Below are positions 34,305 through 42,613 of a stretch of 64,000 nt of DNA, piece after piece. The position numbers and the translations under genes were made by a program. Within the stretch, counting starts at the first letter, position 1. The number at the start of each line of letters is the position of its first letter. The notes below the pieces were generated by a model. It was given only the letters and a program-made list of their open reading frames with translations, did no database searches and was not told the DNA's origin. The DNA lies in the IMG/VR virus record IMGVR_UViG_3300034073_005389, positions 1-64,000 of that record; one strand, written 5' to 3'.

Positions 34305-37076
34305 TCACTTTCTGCGATCTACTAATCCAGTTACCAACTTACCAAAAGATGAAGATTTTGCTGCAATTTTGTCTTTAATCTTCTGAGCAGCTGATACTGT
34401 TTCATTTACTCCAGTATCTAAGTTCAAAGTAAGATTTCTTGAATCATCTTTGTCTTTTACTTTAGATTGAAGTTCTTTAGTTTCTGCTTTTAGCTGTTCT
34501 ACACGAGAGTTAGGCAATCCTAGTCCAGAAAACATACTATATACTTTTACAGTGTCTGCAGCAGAATCTACTACATACATACCTTTAAATACTCCTTTAG
34601 GAGTGCCACATAGATCATTAATCATGCTACTAGCATAATTAATACTGGAGGCTGGAATCTTAGACCATACTTCTTTGTTAGCCACCACCATAAAACCAAC
34701 ATACTTAGACTGCTTTAAATCAAAACCGCTGGCTAATAAGTTTCCTGATAAGTTGTTAATAACAGCTTCAGCAATAGCTGTATCTTCTTGATAATTATCA
34801 ACAGTAAATTCCCCATATACTGAGAGACCTTCCCCATCAATAAATAACTTAGAGAATTCCATAGGGTCTAGTGCCTTAGTAGAAGAAGGCATGCTAGACA
34901 AAGTATTGAAAGCATCGATAGGATCGACAATGGCTTTATTAGCTACGCCATAAAAATCTACCTGACTTACGTTGTGATAAATTGTTTCAATCTTTGCGTT
35001 ATCTACTACAATAAGATTACTAACTCGTTTGCTTTGAGTAAGCTTAGCCAATTTAGCTAATGTCTCTAATGCATTAGATTTGGTCTGAGAATCTTCTGTA
35101 TCCATAGGAAGGGCAGCAATTACTACTAATGGCTTTCCCATATCTGCAAGTAAATCTACTAATGTTTCACAGGAGCCTGCTCCAGAGCCGCCACCTAAGC
35201 TAAGGCAGAGTAAGTGAACTTGGGCTGAGCTTAAACGATCATTAACTAATTGTGCAATTTGACCACGATGAGTTTCAGCAGCTGCTTTACCAATTTCAAT
35301 TTCTTTAGCAGCACCACCTAAGCCATATTCTAGAAGCAATTTGTTGCTATCAGGAATATCAATAAATTTTAGATCTTGTAAAGCAGTGTTAACCACACAT
35401 GCCTGATATCCTAATTTGTAAAAAGACTCGGCTAAGCGACTATTATGAGTAAATATGAATCCATTTTCTCCAGCAACATAATTTTCATATGTTTCTACTG
35501 TCAAATCAAAAAATTCATATTGATCATCTTCTGTATCAATTTTAATATTTTTAATATCAATCAGTTTAGGGGCGATGTCTGAAATATAACTCAATTGATC
35601 AGATTTATTTAAATTAGAAATCATATTTATAAATGTTGGAATTGACAAGTCTCTAACTCCAGCCACCCAATTTTTGATATTTAAATTTGTCTTTTTATAA
35701 AATTCATTTGGTCCACCAAAACCTCCTTCTTTAACTAAAACGTGATCAATGTCCTTATAATCAATAGGGACAATAGATGTTGTATAGCTTTTCTGTTTTT
35801 TAGTCAAATGATTAGATAGCCTGCTATGTTTTAATGTAGACTTTACATTATCACATAAAAAATCTGCCATTGGTCCGAAATTTAATTTACCATTTATAGA
35901 TATTTTAAATCCATCTTTTTCGTTATCTCTATTAGAAATACTATTTCTTAATGAAGATCTCCCACCAATAGAAGAAATTAAACATCCTAATTTACTAGCT
36001 AATGCGCTAGAAGTAGTATATACTTGAGCCTCGCACCAATCATCGCTTACAGTTCCATCAGCATCTATTAAGCCGGATAAAAATGCAGTTCTTACTTCTA
36101 ATGAAGCAGCAGAGACACAAGAAGGTACATCAATAGAGTACGTTTTATGACCAAATCCTCCATTAGTTTTTCCTACGTACATGTTAAAACAAGATTCAAT
36201 AAACAAACGGAATGAAAGACCAAAAACCTCTACTTGATCACATCCCGCTCTTTTATTAAGAGATATTGATGAATGAGGGATTAATGAACATACCTCAACA
36301 ATGTTTTTAGTTACATTTTCATCACTTGAATAAAATGATATGGAATTTCCATGTAATTTATCGTGACCATCCCCTGCAAAAACACCTAATAACCAAGCTA
36401 TTTTGCTATTTATTTCTATACCTCTAACATAGGTTTTTTGAGAAATTATATCAACAGGCTCTAATCTAGTATCTACTAGATTATCGCCAACAGATAATGG
36501 CTTACTATTACTTAATGAAGAAAAAAATGCTTTTCTTCTTGACATAGGTTTAAAAACTAAACTTGGATGTGTTTTTGAACATGAAAGACTTGTTCCATTG
36601 CTTAATATAATTTTATTTTTAATACTTTTTTTGTTTTTCCATACAGCTAAAACTTTTCCCTTTTTAATTTGACCAGTTTCTGGATCTATAGAAACAGTAT
36701 AAACATCTTTGTCTAATTCAATGCAAATATCATTATTTGCCTGCATTTTTATATTTTCTAATTTTGAACAATTTAATTGATTATAGAAAAAATCTTTAAT
36801 TGAAATTATTCCGTAATCAGAAAGATAAATATTGGTATTACCATCTATACATCCTGCCTGACCCGAACCTAATACACCTACTTGTAAACTTCTTTCTTTA
36901 GGTGCTACGATTTTTGCTGCCATTTTTGACTCCTGTTGTTTTGCTTGACTTTTCGCTTTTAGAGCGGCTAATTTATTTGTATCTATTGTATCTTCTGATG
37001 CCTTTACTTCTGCGGTTGAAATATTATCTACAACATTTTCGGGTTTATTTTCTTCTGTAATTGAAGTTGCTGACAT
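34305..37076 (-). CDS. Tubulin/FtsZ-superfamily GTPase (CetZ/TubZ-like) precursor interrupted by an intein; about 453 aa after splicing
   Basis: After removing residues 76-545: VGVLGSGQAG|SRLAE, VVNTA.QDL, LSLGGGSGAG (tubulin signature), ALP...E, IVVDN, LDPMEF (T7-like); AAGGAG SD before the ATG. Confidence 0.92.
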   Translation of the reverse strand: MSATSITEENKPENVVDNISTAEVKASEDTIDTNKLAALKAKSQAKQQESKMAAKIVAPKERSLQVGVLGSGQAGCIDGNTNIYLSDYGIISIKDFFYNQLNCSKLENIKMQANNDICIELDKDVYTVSIDPETGQIKKGKVLAVWKNKKSIKNKIILSNGTSLSCSKTHPSLVFKPMSRRKAFFSSLSNSKPLSVGDNLVDTRLEPVDIISQKTYVRGIEINSKIAWLLGVFAGDGHDKLHGNSISFYSSDENVTKNIVEVCSLIPHSSISLNKRAGCDQVEVFGLSFRLFIESCFNMYVGKTNGGFGHKTYSIDVPSCVSAASLEVRTAFLSGLIDADGTVSDDWCEAQVYTTSSALASKLGCLISSIGGRSSLRNSISNRDNEKDGFKISINGKLNFGPMADFLCDNVKSTLKHSRLSNHLTKKQKSYTTSIVPIDYKDIDHVLVKEGGFGGPNEFYKKTNLNIKNWVAGVRDLSIPTFINMISNLNKSDQLSYISDIAPKLIDIKNIKIDTEDDQYEFFDLTVETYENYVAGENGFIFTHNSRLAESFYKLGYQACVVNTALQDLKFIDIPDSNKLLLEYGLGGAAKEIEIGKAAAETHRGQIAQLVNDRLSSAQVHLLCLSLGGGSGAGSCETLVDLLADMGKPLVVIAALPMDTEDSQTKSNALETLAKLAKLTQSKRVSNLIVVDNAKIETIYHNVSQVDFYGVANKAIVDPIDAFNTLSSMPSSTKALDPMEFSKLFIDGEGLSVYGEFTVDNYQEDTAIAEAVINNLSGNLLASGFDLKQSKYVGFMVVANKEVWSKIPASSINYASSMINDLCGTPKGVFKGMYVVDSAADTVKVYSMFSGLGLPNSRVEQLKAETKELQSKVKDKDDSRNLTLNLDTGVNETVSAAQKIKDKIAAKSSSFGKLVTGLVDRRK
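35442..36851 (-). mobile_element. Intein (470 aa) with a LAGLIDADG homing endonuclease, in the tubulin gene
   Basis: N-terminal CIDGNT (Cys1 = residue 76), block B SCSKTHP, LAGLIDADG motifs WLLGVFAGDG and FLSGLIDADG, block F FFDLTVETYENYVAG, C-terminal IFTHN followed by Ser+1. Confidence 0.95.
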
Positions 37077-37102
37077 TATATCTCCTTAATAACATTATTT
37101 AA

Positions 37103-38068
37103 TCATTTAAAGAACCATTGGTTGTTTAAATACCATTGGATCGTTTCAGCTATTCCATCTTTAAACTTATAGTTTGGCTTCCATCCTAGTTTTCTAACTT
37201 TAGAAGAATCTACTGAATACCTAAAATCATGACCACTACCACGAGGGTCTTCAACATGACTAATTAAATCATGACCTTTTTGCATTACATTGCATATTTT
37301 TTGTACTACTTCAATATTAGAAAGTTCTTGATTGGAAGAAATATTATATATTTGATTATTTTCCCCCTGATTAATTACTTGAAATAAAGCAGAACAATTA
37401 TCATAAACATGAGTCCAATCTCTAATTTGTAGACCCTGACCATATATAGGTATTTTATTTCCTTCTAAAATAGATTTGATTGTCTTAGGTATTAATTTCT
37501 CAGGGGTTTGTCTAGGTCCATAATTATTAGAGCTTCGAGTAATATTATAATTTAATCCAAATGAATGATGGGCAGCTTTTACTAATAACTCTCCAGCAGC
37601 TTTTGTTGCTGCATATGGGTTTCTTGGATTAAGAACATTTTCCTCTGACCAAGAAGCTTCATTTTCGCTTTGAAGCTGACCATATACTTCATCTGTGGAT
37701 ATGTAAACTAATTTGTCTATTTTATATTTTACGCAAGCATTAATAATAACTTGTGTACCTAATACATTAGAAGTTACGAACGAATTTGGCTGTGTCAAGG
37801 AGGTGTCTACAAAAGTTTCTGCCGCACCATGCAAAACTACATCTGGTTTTTCAAATTGAAAAATAGTATCTATTACATGCTGATCTCGAATATCAGCAAT
37901 ATGAAATGTATGATTTTTATTCCAATACATAGAGTTAATACTATTATAGTTAACTCGATCTACACTAACTAATGAATATGGCTGTTTTTCATATACTGCC
38001 TTTCTTAAAAAGTTAGACAATATAAATCCACAAGAACCAGTGCATAATAATTTAATTCTATCTTTCAT
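37103..38068 (-). CDS. rfbB: dTDP-glucose 4,6-dehydratase-like NAD-dependent epimerase/dehydratase (RmlB/RfbB family)
   Basis: HGAAETFVD.S, NVLGT, STDEVYG, PRNPYAATK (YxxxK), SNNYGPRQ.PEKLIP, RDWTHV.D, GHDFRY; Rossmann motif is atypical (TGSCGFILSN). Confidence 0.88.
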   Translation of the reverse strand: MKDRIKLLCTGSCGFILSNFLRKAVYEKQPYSLVSVDRVNYNSINSMYWNKNHTFHIADIRDQHVIDTIFQFEKPDVVLHGAAETFVDTSLTQPNSFVTSNVLGTQVIINACVKYKIDKLVYISTDEVYGQLQSENEASWSEENVLNPRNPYAATKAAGELLVKAAHHSFGLNYNITRSSNNYGPRQTPEKLIPKTIKSILEGNKIPIYGQGLQIRDWTHVYDNCSALFQVINQGENNQIYNISSNQELSNIEVVQKICNVMQKGHDLISHVEDPRGSGHDFRYSVDSSKVRKLGWKPNYKFKDGIAETIQWYLNNQWFFK

Positions 38069-38894
38069 ATTTATATAGATTATACTTAGGATTAATAATA
38101 TATTTTTTCTGATCTAACATATATCGGTTTGCCCATTTTTTTCTAAAATGAAAAATATTATGACCAAAAAAAAGTAAATTGGCAGGATTCTTTTTTAAAG
38201 AATAACTAGATTCATGAAATATATTGGTCTTACCACAATATACAATATCATAATTCATATTGTATTTGATGTTTAAACATAAATCTACATCATCAAATGA
38301 CCAATGATATTGCTCATCCATACCACTAATACCAGAGCGATTTGTTTTGCAAGACTCTTTATATAAATTAGTTCTAGTCAATAGAACAGCACCAGTTACG
38401 CTTTGGAAAAGTCTATTTTTTTCTGCCTGCTCATCATTTGGTTGTAAATCTTTAAAATTAAATGGCAGCTGGTCTATATCATTAAATATAATTCCGGCAT
38501 GTTGTATTTTATTAGAATTTAAATATAATAACCTAGCTCCTACCACACCCACTTTACTATTTTTTTTAATGATGTCAATCATATTTTTAATCGAATTAAC
38601 ATCATTAAAAACAATGTCATTGTTTAACAACAACATTAAATCTTTGTCATTTGGTTTGGCAGTTTCTACTAAAAAGTTCATCCCCTCAGCAAAATTTTGA
38701 TTATTATTTTTATATGGAATAACATGAATGTTTTTGCCCCAATGAGATGCTACACTCAACGTATTATCAGTAGAATAATTATCTTTAATAAACCACTCAT
38801 AATCAATATCTTTTAAAGCAGGTATTAAAGATTCTTTGAGACGAGTTAATTTATCTAAAGCATTCCAAGTTAAAGTAAAAATATTTACTTTCAT
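38058..38894 (-). CDS. Glycosyltransferase family 2
   Basis: LLLNNDI (DxD-like), VVGARLLY, QHAG, VTGAVLL, DDVDLCL, FHESS. Confidence 0.88.
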   Translation of the reverse strand: MKVNIFTLTWNALDKLTRLKESLIPALKDIDYEWFIKDNYSTDNTLSVASHWGKNIHVIPYKNNNQNFAEGMNFLVETAKPNDKDLMLLLNNDIVFNDVNSIKNMIDIIKKNSKVGVVGARLLYLNSNKIQHAGIIFNDIDQLPFNFKDLQPNDEQAEKNRLFQSVTGAVLLTRTNLYKESCKTNRSGISGMDEQYHWSFDDVDLCLNIKYNMNYDIVYCGKTNIFHESSYSLKKNPANLLFFGHNIFHFRKKWANRYMLDQKKYIINPKYNLYKYER

Positions 38895-39895
38895 AAACCA
38901 ACTCGAACTCCTGCCATAATTTTTACATTCGCATCAGTACCTACATGCACCGATGGTCCTAAATAAAAATTTTTCATAAATGGTAAATGTTGCCCAACAT
39001 TATAAGCAAATGGTGTCAAACTAAATTGAAATGTCTGACTTACTACCCCATATCCAACACCTACCTGTAATACAGAAAAATCTGGAGTGTTTAAATATCT
39101 ACCATAAGACATAATCCCTAGATTAATAGAGGGGGCAAATTCTCCTTGCACCGGATTTAAAGCCACACCTCCATCTAAGCCAACAAACAATCTTGGATTC
39201 CAAAAACTCCATTTAGCCTCTGGATACTGTTGCTTTGTAGTAGTTTGAACTGGGATCTCATATTCTTTATCATCTACTCTAAGAGTGACTCTGTTATACA
39301 CGTAAGTTTTCTCATTTTCATCTACCCCAATTACTGTGCCTAATTTATATTGTCTTGGCTTAATCTCTACATACCATGGATTTTCTTTCCAGGCACTAAA
39401 TCCAACCTTACCTAAAGGAACAGTAAACTTTCCAAAATTCTCTTCTAAATCACGAATTTGCTGCTGCTTTAAATATCCAAACACGTCTATGGCAGGGCAC
39501 ATACCATCTTTGCATTCAGATGGTTTATTGTTTGGGTTATAAGCAGGATTTGCTTCTCCTACCCCACTGCTAGGAAGATTGTATTCTTTTTGACCTAAAC
39601 TTTGAAAAATAACAAAATTAGCAGCTACAATATCTGCCTGTAATTTATCTAAATCATTTTTCACAGCATTGTAATTAATACCATTGTTATTAACAAAGCT
39701 TTCTAAATCTTTCTTAGTAGCATACTCTGTTTGGCTACGAAAAATGCCATCTACAAGCTCTTTTTGCTTAGTAACTTGATCTTCAATGTTCTTTTGACGC
39801 TCAGACATTTCAACTACTTTAAAAGTAATTAATGCAAGAGCTGTTAATACTATCAACACGCTAGCTATAATAATAGCTTGTAGATACTTTGGCAT
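38891..39895 (-). CDS. Membrane-anchored hypothetical protein: N-terminal TM helix, coiled coil, C-terminal amphipathic beta-strands
   Basis: Residues about 5-27 hydrophobic; heptad-like region follows; alternating Gly/aromatic strands end in MAGVRVGL. Confidence 0.7.
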   Translation of the reverse strand: MPKYLQAIIIASVLIVLTALALITFKVVEMSERQKNIEDQVTKQKELVDGIFRSQTEYATKKDLESFVNNNGINYNAVKNDLDKLQADIVAANFVIFQSLGQKEYNLPSSGVGEANPAYNPNNKPSECKDGMCPAIDVFGYLKQQQIRDLEENFGKFTVPLGKVGFSAWKENPWYVEIKPRQYKLGTVIGVDENEKTYVYNRVTLRVDDKEYEIPVQTTTKQQYPEAKWSFWNPRLFVGLDGGVALNPVQGEFAPSINLGIMSYGRYLNTPDFSVLQVGVGYGVVSQTFQFSLTPFAYNVGQHLPFMKNFYLGPSVHVGTDANVKIMAGVRVGL

Positions 39896-39901
39896 ATTTC
39901 C

Positions 39902-40747
39902 TCACTTCTGTACGTCAGGGCACCAATGAATTGTCCTGCCTTCTGGCGTAGCCTCTGTCTTTACTATGTTGCCCAACGGGTCTTGCTTGTTTCCATACAC
40001 TCTAAAGAAACTAGAATAGTTCCCTTCTTCTCCATATACATTTGTATATGTATGTAGAGTGGCTCCCTGATATTGGTATGATTCTTGCATCACGGTAACA
40101 ATATCTTGACATAAACTATTAATCTCATTGTACATCAATTTATTGCCAGGTCTCCAAGGAGAAATTTTAGATAAATATAACGCTTCAGCTCTTATATAAT
40201 TACCAACTCCTGCAAAAATAGATTGATCCATCAATAACTGACCAATTGGTTTATCACTATTTAATTTTTTATGAATACGATTCTTATAATCATTATAATT
40301 GTCTTGTAAAGGATCCCATCCTAAGCTTTTTAATTTTTTCTCTAAAGCTTGTTTGCCTTTAACAAACTTAATTGTTCCAAAATGTCTGGGATCATTAAAA
40401 TACAGCTTGCTCGTAGTTCCATCTTTATCTTCTAAGTCTATAATAAAACATGGATGCTTGCCTTCTTTTGGGCTCCATTGACCTGTCATGCCATATGTAC
40501 AAAACATATACCAATCATTGGTAAATGTCCAATACATAAACTTACCTTTTACATTAACATCTATGATAGAGATTGGATTATGTTTAAATAAGTATCTTTC
40601 TTGCAAGAATTCAAACATACCCTCTACTGTAGAAGTAACTTTGCCATATCTTCCATTTAAGGTAGGTGAGGCGTCTATTACTTTTTTATCTATGGCAAAA
40701 ACTTTAATAAATCCGGCTGATAATCTTAATTCTGGACCTTCGGGCAC
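39902..40747 (-). CDS. Fpg/Nei-family DNA glycosylase
   Basis: N-terminal (M)PEGPE, GK, YGMTG, F.DPRHFGT, H2TH LMDQSIFAGVGNYIRAEALY; GTG start with AAGGAG SD. Confidence 0.93.
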   Translation of the reverse strand: MPEGPELRLSAGFIKVFAIDKKVIDASPTLNGRYGKVTSTVEGMFEFLQERYLFKHNPISIIDVNVKGKFMYWTFTNDWYMFCTYGMTGQWSPKEGKHPCFIIDLEDKDGTTSKLYFNDPRHFGTIKFVKGKQALEKKLKSLGWDPLQDNYNDYKNRIHKKLNSDKPIGQLLMDQSIFAGVGNYIRAEALYLSKISPWRPGNKLMYNEINSLCQDIVTVMQESYQYQGATLHTYTNVYGEEGNYSSFFRVYGNKQDPLGNIVKTEATPEGRTIHWCPDVQK

Positions 40748-40770
40748 AAAAATCTCCTTATTGGGAGATC

Positions 40771-40798
40771 ATCTTAATTTTATTAAATTAGATGTCAA
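40771..40798 (-). promoter_or_regulatory. Sigma-70-type promoter upstream of the Fpg/Nei gene
   Basis: Minus strand TTGACA (40798-40793)-N16-TAAGAT (40776-40771). Confidence 0.72.
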
Positions 40799-41493
40799 CT
40801 CTTGTGCAATCTCTTTCTTAGCCTGGGTGCCCATTTTTTAAAAAATATTTCTTTGGCTGATGTATATAGCTGTTGAGTATTTAATTGCCGACTGCTAATT
40901 TTACCAAAATGAACCACAGGAATATCAATTACTTTAAATGGTACCTGTAATTCTCTAGCTCTAAAAGAAAGATCAGTATCTTCAAAATAACAAAAGAACT
41001 CTTCACTAAATATTTCATTATTAGAAATATCTAATTTCTTCCACATACTCTTAGAAGAAGCTAAACACCAACCACTCATATAAGACAATCCATCTAGATA
41101 TTGATTCGCTTCTTTTACAAAAGAAAAATTATAAGCTAATTGACCCATAGTAGGTCCTACTAAAAATTCAGGACAATGTTTAATTAGTTCTTGAGTCCAA
41201 TTACTATGATTTTCTTTTACTCTGATATCGTTGTTTAAAAACAATACATTTTCAGAACTAGATTCTGCATATCCTTTATTACAAGCTTTAGCAAATCCTT
41301 GATTAACACTATTTCTAATATATTTTATTTCAGAAGAATCTTTTAATTGAGACTCTGTCTCATCTGAACTAGCATTATCTACTACAATGATTTCATGATC
41401 ATTAGGCAGTTTTGATAAATCATTTAAACAACTTTTAGTAAAGTTAAATTTATTAAATACAGGTATTACAATAGATAGTTGTTTCATTGGCAT
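40795..41493 (-). CDS. Glycosyltransferase family 2
   Basis: LSIVIPVFN, IIVVDNASSD, N.GFAKACN.G, FLNNDI, FEDTDLSFRA. Confidence 0.9.
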   Translation of the reverse strand: MPMKQLSIVIPVFNKFNFTKSCLNDLSKLPNDHEIIVVDNASSDETESQLKDSSEIKYIRNSVNQGFAKACNKGYAESSSENVLFLNNDIRVKENHSNWTQELIKHCPEFLVGPTMGQLAYNFSFVKEANQYLDGLSYMSGWCLASSKSMWKKLDISNNEIFSEEFFCYFEDTDLSFRARELQVPFKVIDIPVVHFGKISSRQLNTQQLYTSAKEIFFKKWAPRLRKRLHKS

Positions 41494-42605
41494 CTTTCTA
41501 ACATTTTATTTACTATATTTTTCCAAGAATATTCTTTATATAAATTAACTATGTTATTTTGAATTTTTTTATTCATTTCAACATAATTTTCTTTAGCAAA
41601 TCTAAGTTTATCTACCGCATCATCTACAGAAGGCTTAAACCAAATTGCATTTTGCTTAGACTCCCAATACATACTAGTAGGATCTGCTCGTTCTTCTTTT
41701 CCACTAATTAATAATGAATTATCTTTATTCAAGAAATCTATTTGACCTCCCCAGTTAGGCGCAATTGCTAACTTACCAGAAATAATAGACTCTAATCCAG
41801 GAAAATAAAAACCTTCACAATGCGACATTGTGACGCAGGCATCTACACTTCTATACAAAGAAGAAATGTCTGGTAAAAATTCTGAAAATATTTTTACTTC
41901 AGCATGTTTTGGATATTTTTGTTTAAATTCAGACAAGCACTGATTTAAAGATACTTCAAATTGAGCTTTGACTGGCTTATCTTTTCCCTTTAATATTAAA
42001 CATACATCATCTTTATTAGAAAATGTTTTACCATATGCATCTAATAATCCTTTTAAATTTTTTCTTTTATGATTTTGAGCAATATTAGCTAATAATTTAA
42101 ATGATTTGTCTGTTGGCAACTTTATTTTAGAATTTCCTAAATATGTAATGTCTACTCCATGAGGAATTACATCTACGTGCGATTCTGGCACGCCAGAATC
42201 TAAAAAGATTTGTTTAGCAAAATTAGATGGGGCAAAGATTTTATCGCAAGATTTATAATGTTTAGCAAATCCTGTGGGCAGGACATTTTTACCAGCCCAT
42301 TCATAGCACCAAATACCAAATCGGTTCTTTTTGCCATGAGCTAAATTAAATGGAAAATTTTTCATGGCAGTATAACTGATCTGACAATCATAATCCTGAT
42401 CAGGAATTCTGCCATAAACGTCAGCTTTATTTTCTTCTACATACCCAATTACACTATTTAATAAATGCTTTGGAGTATGCTCCACCGCATCTGTGGAAAA
42501 TACATCTACCTTATGCCCTAAGGTTCTTAGAGCTTCTGTAATCCCCCAGCCACAATTTGCCCAAGAATGATTTTTTCCATAAAATTGCTTCAATAAAATC
42601 TTCAT
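41484..42605 (-). CDS. Glycosyltransferase family 4 (GT-B)
   Basis: VIPHGVD, RKN...LL.AY...F....DV.L..K, SHCEGFYFPGLES, WGGQIDF. Confidence 0.88.
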   Translation of the reverse strand: MKILLKQFYGKNHSWANCGWGITEALRTLGHKVDVFSTDAVEHTPKHLLNSVIGYVEENKADVYGRIPDQDYDCQISYTAMKNFPFNLAHGKKNRFGIWCYEWAGKNVLPTGFAKHYKSCDKIFAPSNFAKQIFLDSGVPESHVDVIPHGVDITYLGNSKIKLPTDKSFKLLANIAQNHKRKNLKGLLDAYGKTFSNKDDVCLILKGKDKPVKAQFEVSLNQCLSEFKQKYPKHAEVKIFSEFLPDISSLYRSVDACVTMSHCEGFYFPGLESIISGKLAIAPNWGGQIDFLNKDNSLLISGKEERADPTSMYWESKQNAIWFKPSVDDAVDKLRFAKENYVEMNKKIQNNIVNLYKEYSWKNIVNKMLERCQ

Positions 42606-42613
42606 ATTAGAAG

